NCBI GenBank assembly: GCA_934778205.1
Contig: CAKVOD010000002.1
Span: 141,564-205,563, forward strand
DNA from: an uncultured Clostridia bacterium
GTDB taxonomy: Bacteria; Bacillota; Clostridia; Christensenellales; UBA1242
Length of the DNA: 64,000 nucleotides
Direction: 5' to 3'
Positions 39,267 to 48,091 of the stretch are shown piece after piece. Both the position numbers and the translations under genes were made by a program. Under the pieces are notes generated by a model, which was given only the letters and a program-made list of their open reading frames with translations, ran no database searches and was not told the origin of the DNA. How positions within the stretch are numbered: position 1 is the first letter of the stretch; each line of letters opens with the position of its first letter.

Positions 39267-39341
39267 TGGAGGCGCCACCCAGATTTGAACTGGGGAATGA
39301 AGGTTTTGCAGACCTGTGCCTTACCACTTGGCTATGGCGCC
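39267..39341 (-). tRNA. tRNA-Cys (anticodon GCA), CCA encoded
   Basis: Reverse complement ggcgccatagccaagtggtaaggc...cuGCAaa...GTTCAAATC...cca. Confidence 0.85.
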
Positions 39342-39365
39342 AGCATTGCATATGATATAAAAAAA

Positions 39366-39440
<75 letters not shown>

Positions 39441-39464
39441 GTTCCACAATAATAATATTGTGAT

Positions 39465-39540
39465 TGGTGGGAACTATAGGACTCGAACCTATGACCATCT
39501 GCTTGTAAGGCAGGTGCTCTACCAACTGAGCTAAGCTCCC
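39465..39540 (-). tRNA. tRNA-Val (anticodon UAC), CCA encoded
   Basis: Reverse complement gggagcttagctcagttggtagagc...cuUACaa...GGTTCGAGTCC...cca. Confidence 0.85.
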
Positions 39541-39555
39541 AATCAATGCTCCATT

Positions 39556-39584
39556 AGTATACTATAATATTTTGATAATGTCAA
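39556..39584 (-). promoter_or_regulatory. sigma-70-type promoter for the Val-Gly-Cys-Leu tRNA operon
   Basis: On the minus strand: TTGACA, 17-bp spacer, TATACT, ending about 15 nt before tRNA-Val. Confidence 0.5.
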
Positions 39585-39828
39585 CTGATTTTTCATATAT
39601 TTTTCAACTTTTTTTGAATTTCATTAATAATTTATTCAAAAAATATGTTTTTGACACAATTATAGAAATAAACTAAGCAAATTATAATGAAATTTTGAAA
39701 AAATGTCAAGTAAATTTATTCGATTTTCTTAAAATACAGTAAAATGTTGTAAAAAATTGGAATATTTAACAACTTTTCCTTTAAATAAATCATAAACTGA
39801 TACATTTCACTTATTGTCTATCTTTTAT

Positions 39829-39862
39829 AAAAAATAGCACAAAGGCTAATGCTTTGTGCTAT
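39829..39862 (-). terminator. Rho-independent terminator of the 42-aa peptide gene
   Basis: Perfect 11-bp stem atagcacaaag / ctttgtgctat with a 7-nt loop and a T6 run on the minus strand. Confidence 0.65.
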
Positions 39863-39882
39863 TAAACTGCAACTAACAAATG

Positions 39883-40011
39883 CTATTTGCTACAGTCTTT
39901 CGTGCAAGATGACTTTGAAGTACTGCGTCCTGCGCAACCTTTGCTTGAACATGCTTTCGATGTACAAGCTTTGTGCTTTGCGCATTTTTCAGTTTTACTT
40001 GTTCTAGCCAT
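39883..40011 (-). CDS. 42-aa six-cysteine, Lys/Ser/Thr-rich peptide (below the ORF-track size cut-off)
   Basis: GGAGG lies 5 nt upstream of the ATG at 40011. Translation: MARTSKTEKCAKHKACTSKACSSKGCAGRSTSKSSCTKDCSK*. Own terminator downstream; the yloV terminator upstream isolates the unit. Confidence 0.6.
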   Translation of the reverse strand: MARTSKTEKCAKHKACTSKACSSKGCAGRSTSKSSCTKDCSK

Positions 40012-40150
40012 TTCGACCTCCTGTGTGCAATGGGTAATTGCATTGTTGGCTGATGCCAACGAGTGAGAAAGTAGTTACAAACAAACTTATATGTTTATTA
40101 AGTTGTCAACTTTCTCAACATTAGTATGTCCACCTACCCTAAATTAATAC
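40012..40150 (-). promoter_or_regulatory. putative promoter (GTATT-17-CATACTA) plus ~110-nt structured 5' leader of the peptide gene
   Basis: Minus strand: GTATT (40150-40146), 17-nt spacer, CATACTA (40128-40122). Then a long imperfect hairpin closed by gagaaagt...actttctc, and hairpins gttggc-atca-gccaac and tgcaat-taccc-attgca just before the SD. Confidence 0.3.
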
Positions 40151-40243
40151 AAAAGATGATATGGTAATTTTAGCCAATTTTAAAAATTGCATTGATTGAA
40201 AAATAAATTTTTGTCGGTACAAATTGCGATAATTAAGACGCAT

Positions 40244-40293
40244 TAAAAAAATACCAACAAAAGACCAAATGTATGTTTGGTCTTTTGTTGGTA
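40244..40293 (-). terminator. Rho-independent terminator after yloV
   Basis: Perfect 18-bp stem taccaacaaaagaccaaa / tttggtcttttgttggta, followed by T7-8 on the minus strand. Confidence 0.7.
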
Positions 40294-40316
40294 CTATTAT
40301 CTACAATTAATCAATT

Positions 40317-41951
40317 TCATTCAACAGAAACAATATAATAATATACCGGTTGCCCACCATAGATTGCAGTTACTTCGCAATTTTCGTACTTTTCGGCAAT
40401 CTTTTGTTGAATGTCGTTCGCTTTATTTTCGTCGATGCCTGATCCATAGAATAGCGTGATATTAACAGATTCATCATTGACAAGATTTTCAACCAAATTG
40501 AGTAATGCCTCGTCCAAATCTTCACTTCTAGCACGAATGTGAGATTCATCTAAGCCAATAATGTCACCTTCTTTGATTTCAAAACCATCAACATTAGTAG
40601 TTCTAACAGCGTTTGTAACCGAGCCACTTCTCACCATTTTACAACTCTCATTCATAGCGCTGATATTTTCTTCTTTGTTTGAATCTGCATTGAATGCCAA
40701 TATAGCGGAAATACCTTGCGGAACAGTTGTTGTTGGAATAACGACAACTTGCTTTTGCGTAAGTGCTTTTGCTTGTTCAGCGGCAAGAATAATGTTTTTA
40801 TTATTTGGAAATACATAAACCAAGTTTGACGGAACGGCCTCAACGGCTTTTGCTATATCGTCAGCTGACGGATTCATTGTTTGACCGCCTTCAATGACAT
40901 AATCTACTCCTAAATCTTTGAATACAGCACTAATTCCGTCCCCTGCACAAACAGAAACCATACCATACGGCTTTTGATTCTTAATGGTAGCGTTTTTGCG
41001 CAATTCGCGATTTTGCTCACGCATATTTTCAATTTTTAGGTTGAAAAGTTCGCCCAATTCAAGCGCGTACCCAAGCGCTTTGTTTGGCTCATTGGTGTGA
41101 ACGTGAACTTTTACTAGTGACAAGTCACCCGTACAAATCAAAGAATCACCAATTGCAAGCAATTTTTCTCTCAACTTGTCAATGTCAGATTCGGTTGTTT
41201 TCTTGAACATATGAATTATCATAAATTCCGTGCAATAGCCAAACTCAATATCTGCGAGCGCTTCAAGATTAACGTGAAATTCTTTGATATTGTCAAGCGT
41301 TTTTGCTGTATCAACCATTTCAAATTCAAATGACTCGTCATTTATGATAATTCTATAAAAGCCTTGAAATACAACCATCAATCCACGGCCACCAGCATCA
41401 ATAACCCCTGCTTTAGCTAGTACTGGCAACAACTCAGGTGTTTTTTGCAAAATTTCTTCACCCTTGTCAATGACATATTTCATAAAATCTTCAAATTCTG
41501 GCATTTTCTTTGCTGCAATCGTTGCTTCCTCAGCCATAACCCTGATAACAGTGAGGATAGTGCCTTCTTTAGGCTTAGCAACTGCTTGATAAGCTATAGC
41601 AGCACCTTCTTTCAATGCCTTAGCAAATTGTTTAGTTGTGATTTCAGAACAAGTCTTAGTAACTCGTGCAATTCCTTTCAAAATTTGAGAAAGGATAACC
41701 CCGCTGTTTCCCCTTGCACCACGCAAAGCGCCCTTTTCAAGAGCATCGCTCAAATCTTCCAAATTGTTTGATGTGCAGTTGTTCAACTCGTTTGTTGCTG
41801 ATTTTAATGTGAGGAACATATTAGTTCCCGTATCTCCATCTGGAACTGGAAACACGTTGAGTGAATCCACATATTTTTTGTTTTGTTCCAAATTGCTACA
41901 ACCTGCAAAAATCATTTTTCTAAAGGTTGCACCATTTATTGTTTTTGTCAT
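40317..41951 (-). CDS. yloV: DAK2 domain-containing protein (YloV family)
   Basis: N-terminal DAK2 domain (PDGDTGTNM) with a C-terminal DegV-like part; conserved rpmB/asp23-yloV neighbourhood. The ATG at 41951 has a GGAGG SD. Confidence 0.8.
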   Translation of the reverse strand: MTKTINGATFRKMIFAGCSNLEQNKKYVDSLNVFPVPDGDTGTNMFLTLKSATNELNNCTSNNLEDLSDALEKGALRGARGNSGVILSQILKGIARVTKTCSEITTKQFAKALKEGAAIAYQAVAKPKEGTILTVIRVMAEEATIAAKKMPEFEDFMKYVIDKGEEILQKTPELLPVLAKAGVIDAGGRGLMVVFQGFYRIIINDESFEFEMVDTAKTLDNIKEFHVNLEALADIEFGYCTEFMIIHMFKKTTESDIDKLREKLLAIGDSLICTGDLSLVKVHVHTNEPNKALGYALELGELFNLKIENMREQNRELRKNATIKNQKPYGMVSVCAGDGISAVFKDLGVDYVIEGGQTMNPSADDIAKAVEAVPSNLVYVFPNNKNIILAAEQAKALTQKQVVVIPTTTVPQGISAILAFNADSNKEENISAMNESCKMVRSGSVTNAVRTTNVDGFEIKEGDIIGLDESHIRARSEDLDEALLNLVENLVNDESVNITLFYGSGIDENKANDIQQKIAEKYENCEVTAIYGGQPVYYYIVSVE

Positions 41952-42000
41952 TATATCCTCCGAACGCTTGCAAAACGCAAGCAAAAGAAGGCATACAAAG

Positions 42001-42351
42001 TTATACTTTGACGCCCATTATATTTACGTTGATAGACTCCACAATCATCCCCGTGAAATCTTCAACATTATATTTAACTGATTTTTTCAAACTGTCGGCA
42101 ACAGCGCTAATTGTGACACCATACTTTAAGATGACGCACAAATCAAGTGATATTTTATTATCGTGTGTTGTAACTTTCACTCCGCGCCTATAGTGCCCTT
42201 TTTTAAAAAGTTCTGCAATGTTATCGGAAAAACGTTTTGGAACCAAATCCACAACCCCGTAACACTCAAGAGCAAAATAACCTGCGACATTTGCTATCGC
42301 TTCATCAGTGATAGTAATTTTGCCGTAATTGTTTAATGTATGTACTGCCAT
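42001..42351 (-). CDS. Asp23/Gls24 family envelope stress response protein (YloU-like)
   Basis: Small protein with the ITDEAIANVAGYFALECYGVV Asp23 signature; conserved position upstream of yloV. Confidence 0.8.
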   Translation of the reverse strand: MAVHTLNNYGKITITDEAIANVAGYFALECYGVVDLVPKRFSDNIAELFKKGHYRRGVKVTTHDNKISLDLCVILKYGVTISAVADSLKKSVKYNVEDFTGMIVESINVNIMGVKV

Positions 42352-42608
42352 TTCGCAATCTCCATTTTATTCGCTGTAACTCGACTAAGCATATTTTACT
42401 ATATTTTATGTAAAAAATCAACTATATTCACGAAAAAATTAAATTGTTTTATAAAAATACTTGATTTTTTTTAATTTTTAGTGTATTATATACAAGTATT
42501 TAAAACACTTTGTTTTTCACAATGTGCTTTTGCACTTGAGATATATGTAGAACAAATGGTTTTGTAAATGAATTTATCAATTCAAAAAATGAATCGGAGG
42601 TTGAAATT

Positions 42609-42800
42609 ATGCCAAAAGTATGTAGTATTTGTGGAAAAGGCAAATTGAGTGGTAAGGCTATTGCGCACTCTCACTCTCACGTTAGTAAAAGGACTAACCG
42701 CCAATTCAAGCCAAATTTGCAAAAGGTTAAGCTTGAGGATGAAAACGGAACCGTTAGAACTGAGTGCGTTTGCACAAAATGCCTTAAAAAGGTTAACTAA
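42609..42800 (+). CDS. rpmB: 50S ribosomal protein L28
   Basis: [40 protein letters not shown]. Confidence 0.95.
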   Translation: MPKVCSICGKGKLSGKAIAHSHSHVSKRTNRQFKPNLQKVKLEDENGTVRTECVCTKCLKKVN

Positions 42801-42815
42801 TTTATAGCAAAACAA

Positions 42816-42846
42816 AAACTATAGGTACGCCCTATAGTTTTTTTTG
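42816..42846 (+). terminator. Rho-independent terminator after rpmB
   Basis: aaactatagg-tacgc-cctatagttt stem followed by a T-run. Confidence 0.65.
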
Positions 42847-43099
42847 TTGTTTCATTTTTTACATATTTATTTCATAAAGAATATTTATTATGTGCATTCC
42901 CTGACCATACATTAAACTGAGATGCAACATACTGACTATTTGCACTATTTGCAAATATCATAGCATATAATAAAATAAATGAGGAATTTTTATGAGAATA
43001 ATTTGCTTTAAAGCCCCAAAGTTTTTGCGCGGAATTTTGCGAGCAATATTTAAGTGCAAAGACGAATAATGTAATACATATAAATGACTGCAATAAGTA

Positions 43100-43762
43100 T
43101 CATTTAACAATTTTATATTTTAATGAATCAATAGCAACATCGGCGTTCGTAGATTTTGCGACGTAACTGCCACTTACGAGGATATCCGCGCCCGCTTGGA
43201 TGCATTTTTGCGCGTTGTCGGCATTGATTCCACCATCTACCTCAATTTCAAAATTGAGGCTTTTTTCTTTTTTAATTTTATGGTATAATTTGATTTTTTC
43301 TAGTGCTGAAGCATCAAACTTTTGCCCACCAGCACCCGCCTTTACGCTCATTACAAGCACCAAATCAACAATATGTAGCAACGGAACGATTGCTTCCGCT
43401 GGTGTATTCAAATCTATTGCAACACCCGCTTTTATACCCATATTTTTAATTAATTCAATATTGTTGCGACACTCATTTAAATCATCAAAAACTTCGCAGT
43501 GTATTGAGATTGAATGAGTCTTTTTGCAATATTTAAAGTATTGCGCTGGTTCTACCACCATTAGGTGAACGTCTAATGGTAATTCACTTGCAGTAGCAAG
43601 ATTTTCAAGTTTATCTGGCATAAAAGTTTTATTTTCAACAAACTTGCCATCCATTATGTCACAATGCAAAAAGTCGGTGCCCGAATCTTTTAATAGTTTT
43701 GACTTTATTCTAAGTTCCTCAAAATTAAATGGTAACGTTGAAATAGCAACTTTATTTTCCAT
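43100..43762 (-). CDS. rpe: ribulose-phosphate 3-epimerase
   Basis: HCDIMDGKFV, DVHLMV and VDGGI motifs. Confidence 0.9.
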   Translation of the reverse strand: MENKVAISTLPFNFEELRIKSKLLKDSGTDFLHCDIMDGKFVENKTFMPDKLENLATASELPLDVHLMVVEPAQYFKYCKKTHSISIHCEVFDDLNECRNNIELIKNMGIKAGVAIDLNTPAEAIVPLLHIVDLVLVMSVKAGAGGQKFDASALEKIKLYHKIKKEKSLNFEIEVDGGINADNAQKCIQAGADILVSGSYVAKSTNADVAIDSLKYKIVK

Positions 43763-44642
43763 ATTTTTTGCTCCTACTCTTGTTTAATGCACTTTTGACC
43801 TTTATATATCGACTATACCTTTCTTTGTTGATTTGCCCATTGTTCAGCGCTTCAACAACCGCACACCCGTCATTATTTGGCAAGTGAGTACAATTCTTGT
43901 ATTTGCATTTGACTGCAAATTTTCTTATATCCGTATAGTAGTGCGTTAATTCTGAGTCCTCCATATCTTCAATTGCAAGCATTTTAAATCCCGGGGTATC
44001 CGCTATCATAGCGCCATAGTTTGTCACATAAAGTTCGCTGTTCTTTGTTGTGTTTTTACCGCGCGATTTCTTTTTGCCAACTTTTAATGCGATTGTATCG
44101 GTCTTTATTTTTTTTATGCCCAAAGCATTGAGCAATGACGATTTCCCAACTGCTGATTGTCCCACCAAAACCGAAATATGCCCCCTAGTTTCATCAATAA
44201 AATCATCAAGTCCTGCTCCTGTTCTTGAACTTAGCACAATGACTTTTTTAACACAATTTTCATATTGGTTCTTAATATTTTCAATAAATGCGTCATCTAC
44301 AATGTCACATTTGCTGATAATAATATATGGTATAATGCCCTCTATACCAAGGTAAACTAACATTTTATCTACCAAAAATAAATCTGCTTGCGGTTCTTTT
44401 GAAATAAAGATGAAAGCATTGTCAACATTAGAAATGTTAGGTCTATCAATATGATTGTGACGTTCGCAAATTTTCTGCACTACAAAAGTATTGTTGACTT
44501 CATCCAGCGAATATTCTACTACATCGCCAGCACAAAGCCCTTGCATTTTCAACTTCTTTAAAACAAGTGCGCTGACTTTTTTGTCGCCATCAAGAAGATT
44601 TGCATCTGCGCCAACAACTCTCAAAACTATCGCTTTATTCAT
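43752..44642 (-). CDS. rsgA: ribosome small-subunit-dependent GTPase A
   Basis: GQSAVGKSSLLNAL P-loop (circularly permuted GTPase) and a C-terminal CKYKNCTH...C zinc motif. Confidence 0.9.
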   Translation of the reverse strand: MNKAIVLRVVGADANLLDGDKKVSALVLKKLKMQGLCAGDVVEYSLDEVNNTFVVQKICERHNHIDRPNISNVDNAFIFISKEPQADLFLVDKMLVYLGIEGIIPYIIISKCDIVDDAFIENIKNQYENCVKKVIVLSSRTGAGLDDFIDETRGHISVLVGQSAVGKSSLLNALGIKKIKTDTIALKVGKKKSRGKNTTKNSELYVTNYGAMIADTPGFKMLAIEDMEDSELTHYYTDIRKFAVKCKYKNCTHLPNNDGCAVVEALNNGQINKERYSRYIKVKSALNKSRSKKYGK

Positions 44643-45669
44643 CTTTATGCTCCTTCAAAACTTTTCTACGCAACTGCCCACAAGCGCCGTCAATGTCACT
44701 GCCCAATGAGTTCCTAACTGTTACACTCATTCCCATACTTTCAAGTTGTTGTTTGAAATTTTCAATATTGTTTGAAGTTTTTAAATCGCGTTCTTTGACA
44801 TAATTTAGTGGAATCAAATTTATGTGGCAAATAAGTCCTTTTGTAATCATTCGCAGTTGTTGAGCGTCCATTAGCGAATCATTTACACCATCTATGAGGG
44901 TATACTCAAACACTGCTCTACGCCCCGTCTTTTCAACGTAATTTCGCACGCTTTGCATAAGCTTGTCGAGGCTGTACGCTTTTGCAATCGGCATAATTTC
45001 TTGTCGTTTTTCTTGAAACGGCGTATGTAGAGAAATCGTCAAAACTATTCCTGGGAAATCATCTGCCAAACGATTGATTTTATCGACGATACCACACGTC
45101 GAAAGCGATATGTTGCGTTTTGAAACATTAAAGCCGTTTTCATCAGTCACGAGATTCAGAAACTTTATAACATTGTCATAGTTATCAAGTGGTTCTCCAC
45201 TCCCCATTAGGACAATATTAGTAATTTTTCTATCTTTCAAAGTGCCACCCAAGTATTTGTTTACCGCGACAAATTGTCCCAAAATTTCACCCGCCGACAA
45301 ATTGCGAATCAATCCATCAAGCGTTGAGGCGCAAAACTTACATCCCATTCGACAGCCCACTTGTGTGGAAACGCATAAAGTATTGCCATAATTATGGTAC
45401 ATCAAAATACCTTCAATTATGTTCCCATCATATAATTCATAAAGAAATTTGACCGCGTTTTTGCCTTTAATGTCGCGATATATCTTTATTGGTTGACATA
45501 CATAATCAAAAAGTTTCGCTTTTAAGCTTGCTGGCAAAGTTGTACTTTCTTCAGGTTGATTGCCTAAAAGCAAACAATTTAAAACTTGTTTTGCCCTAAA
45601 TTTTGGTTCACCAAGACCGACTACAAATTGCTCCATTTCTTGCAAGTTTTTGTCTAATAAAATTTCCAC
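44635..45669 (-). CDS. rlmN: 23S rRNA/tRNA (adenine-C2)-methyltransferase RlmN
   Basis: Radical-SAM CRMGCKFCAS and a C-terminal GSDIDGACGQL. Confidence 0.92.
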   Translation of the reverse strand: MEILLDKNLQEMEQFVVGLGEPKFRAKQVLNCLLLGNQPEESTTLPASLKAKLFDYVCQPIKIYRDIKGKNAVKFLYELYDGNIIEGILMYHNYGNTLCVSTQVGCRMGCKFCASTLDGLIRNLSAGEILGQFVAVNKYLGGTLKDRKITNIVLMGSGEPLDNYDNVIKFLNLVTDENGFNVSKRNISLSTCGIVDKINRLADDFPGIVLTISLHTPFQEKRQEIMPIAKAYSLDKLMQSVRNYVEKTGRRAVFEYTLIDGVNDSLMDAQQLRMITKGLICHINLIPLNYVKERDLKTSNNIENFKQQLESMGMSVTVRNSLGSDIDGACGQLRRKVLKEHKDE

Positions 45670-45678
45670 AATATCTCC

Positions 45679-47874
45679 TCAACTTAAGTTTTGTTGATTT
45701 ATTTCAACGAATAGCGATACGCGCGCATCTTTATTTTCATCTACAAGATGGTAAATTTTTTGTATTAATTCTTCGTGTAATTCATCTTTATAACGCATCA
45801 AAATTTGATATCTAAACTTGCTTTGAATGCGCTTTACAGGTGAATTCATCGCTTCTACAAAGTAAATGTCACTGCCATATGGTTTCAAAATTTCTTTCAG
45901 TTTGAAATAGATTTTAGCGAGATATTCCTTAACGCGAAGTTCATCTCCACCAACAAACAATAGTCGTACAATCTTTGAAAATGGCGGAAAATTTGTTGTT
46001 TGACGCAAATTAATTTCATTGCTGTAAAATGCGTCATAATTATTCTCGATTGCTTTTTTATAAACAAAATGTTTTGGCGAAAATGTTTGTAAAACAACAG
46101 TCCCTTCCTTTTGTGCCCTGCCACAACGTCCTGCGACTTGCGTAATCAATTGAAAAGTTCGCTCATTGCTTCTAAAATCGGAAAAATGCAAGCTCAAATC
46201 AGCGTCAATAATACCAACAAATGAAACGTCACTAAAATCGTGCCCCTTTGCAACCATTTGTGTTCCAACTAAAATTGCAGGCTTGCACTCGCCAAATTTT
46301 TTCAATATCTCCATATGTGCATTTTTTGTTTTTGTTGTGTCATTGTCCATTCTAAAAATAGGAACATTTGGAAAAGCCTTGTGAAGTTCCTCCACAACCC
46401 TTTGCGTGCCAATTGCGCCTTGTTTTATCTTTTCACTGCCACACGTTGGACATCGCGTCAAAACTTTGAAGCGCTTTCCGCAAAAATGACACTTCAATTG
46501 ATTGTCCTCTTTATGTAGAACAAGTGAAACATCACAATCCGTGCATTTTGCAACGTAACCACAATCAACACATCTCATAAATGACGAGTATCCTCGACGG
46601 TTGATAAATACAATCGCTTGATTGCCATCAGCAATACATCTCTGCAATTCTTCTTGAAATTTGTATGAAAAGAAAGAAGAATTGCCACGGGATAACTCAG
46701 CGCACATATCTACTATGTGAATTTTGGGTAATGCTTTGTTGTTGGCTCTGTTTTTCATTGTCAAAAGTGTTAATTCGCCTTTTTGTGCTCTATAAAATGT
46801 ATCTATGCTTGGCGTCGCGCTACCTAAAACAAAACTGCAATCGTTGTAATTTGCGCGAAACTCTGCCACCTCGTGTGTATTATATCGTGGATTGCTTTCG
46901 CTCACATAACTGTTGTCGTGTTCCTCATCAATGATTATTGCGCCTATGTTTTCAACTGGAGCAAAAATTGCCGAACGAACACCTACCACAATGTTTGCTT
47001 TTTTTGAAAAAATTCTTTGCCATTCATCGTATCTTTCGCCACTTGACAAGCCACTGTGCAAAATTGCTACATTATCCCCAAATCTATTAGTGAAATTCGA
47101 TAAAACTTGCCCCGTTAGAGATATTTCAGGCACAAGCATAATTGCAGTTTTTCCTCTCGCAATGCAATCTTCAATAATACGCATATATATTTCAGTTTTT
47201 CCGCTTCCTGTAACACCGTGTACAAGAAATTTGCCATTTTTATTGCTCAAAATTGCGTTCAAAGTTTGTTGTTGCTCAGTAGTTAAATTGATAGTTTTCT
47301 CCTTAATATCATAAACCCTTGGACGCCTATCTACAACTTGTTCACAAATTTTTAGTACACCCTTTTCTTCTAGTGCAATAACTGCCCCTCGCGAAAAAGT
47401 ATCACAAACTTTTGTATAGTCTGCAACTTGGTTGGCACGCAAATAACAAAGCAAGTTGTGTTGCTGATGTGCATTTTTGCGAATATCAACTTTTTTTTCT
47501 GCATCTTTGTATTCATCATTCAAAATGACAAAATTTTTGATTTTTTCACGAACTCTACCCCCACGCATTTCAGAAGGCAAAAAAAGACGTAAAATGTCAA
47601 CCATACGCAAATGATATTCTTTTTTCATAAAATCAGCAAGCGCAAACATCTCTTCCTTGATGACAGGTTCATTCCTCAAAATACTATTTACTGCTTTTAA
47701 TTTTCCTTCAGGAACATCTGTATGTTCCTTTATGTTGACAACAAAACCTTCAATTTGTTTATTGCCAAAAGGGACTAACACTAATTGCCCCCGTTGCAGT
47801 CCCTCTATGCTTTTATAATCAAAGATTTTATCAATAGATTCTGATGATAAATCTACAATGACTTCGGCAATCAT
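45679..47874 (-). CDS. priA: primosomal replication protein N' (PriA helicase)
   Basis: GVTGSGKTE Walker A, DEEHD, and Cys4 zinc fingers (CxxC...CxxC). Confidence 0.92.
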   Translation of the reverse strand: MIAEVIVDLSSESIDKIFDYKSIEGLQRGQLVLVPFGNKQIEGFVVNIKEHTDVPEGKLKAVNSILRNEPVIKEEMFALADFMKKEYHLRMVDILRLFLPSEMRGGRVREKIKNFVILNDEYKDAEKKVDIRKNAHQQHNLLCYLRANQVADYTKVCDTFSRGAVIALEEKGVLKICEQVVDRRPRVYDIKEKTINLTTEQQQTLNAILSNKNGKFLVHGVTGSGKTEIYMRIIEDCIARGKTAIMLVPEISLTGQVLSNFTNRFGDNVAILHSGLSSGERYDEWQRIFSKKANIVVGVRSAIFAPVENIGAIIIDEEHDNSYVSESNPRYNTHEVAEFRANYNDCSFVLGSATPSIDTFYRAQKGELTLLTMKNRANNKALPKIHIVDMCAELSRGNSSFFSYKFQEELQRCIADGNQAIVFINRRGYSSFMRCVDCGYVAKCTDCDVSLVLHKEDNQLKCHFCGKRFKVLTRCPTCGSEKIKQGAIGTQRVVEELHKAFPNVPIFRMDNDTTKTKNAHMEILKKFGECKPAILVGTQMVAKGHDFSDVSFVGIIDADLSLHFSDFRSNERTFQLITQVAGRCGRAQKEGTVVLQTFSPKHFVYKKAIENNYDAFYSNEINLRQTTNFPPFSKIVRLLFVGGDELRVKEYLAKIYFKLKEILKPYGSDIYFVEAMNSPVKRIQSKFRYQILMRYKDELHEELIQKIYHLVDENKDARVSLFVEINQQNLS

Positions 47875-47876
47875 TT

Positions 47877-48080
47877 CTAATCCTCATTCATTGTTATTTT
47901 CTTTTCAACTATCTCTTCAAGTGCTTGAGAAATTTCTTTCTTTTCAACAGGTTTTGCTGAAGCACCTTCATAATAGATTTTGTTAGCAATTTCCTTTGCT
48001 CTCTTTTCAGCCAAAATGCAAAGTTTATATTTATTGTTATCAGTGCATTTGAGCAATGCCTCGATTGATGGTTCAATCAT
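47877..48080 (-). CDS. rpoZ: DNA-directed RNA polymerase subunit omega
   Basis: 67 aa, with PSIEALL...NKYKLCILAEKRAKEI typical of omega; sits upstream of priA. Confidence 0.85.
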   Translation of the reverse strand: MIEPSIEALLKCTDNNKYKLCILAEKRAKEIANKIYYEGASAKPVEKKEISQALEEIVEKKITMNED

Positions 48081-48091
48081 TTTAAAATCTC

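Noticed and set aside
42389-42416. A TTATGTAAAAA 11-mer resembling the conserved XerD-binding arm of canonical dif (TTATGTAAACT in B. subtilis), preceded by TATATT.
   Set aside because: The would-be left arm (gcatattttac) has no resemblance to canonical XerC arms. The site is 14 kb away from the strand and motif switch and sits in the yloU/rpmB promoter region. It is probably a chance AT-rich match.
42872-43093. 73-aa ORF downstream of rpe, which could be a small membrane protein.
   Set aside because: It starts at a TTG with no SD. The only ATG is at codon 44. The composition looks like noncoding AT-rich sequence. Not supportable from sequence alone.
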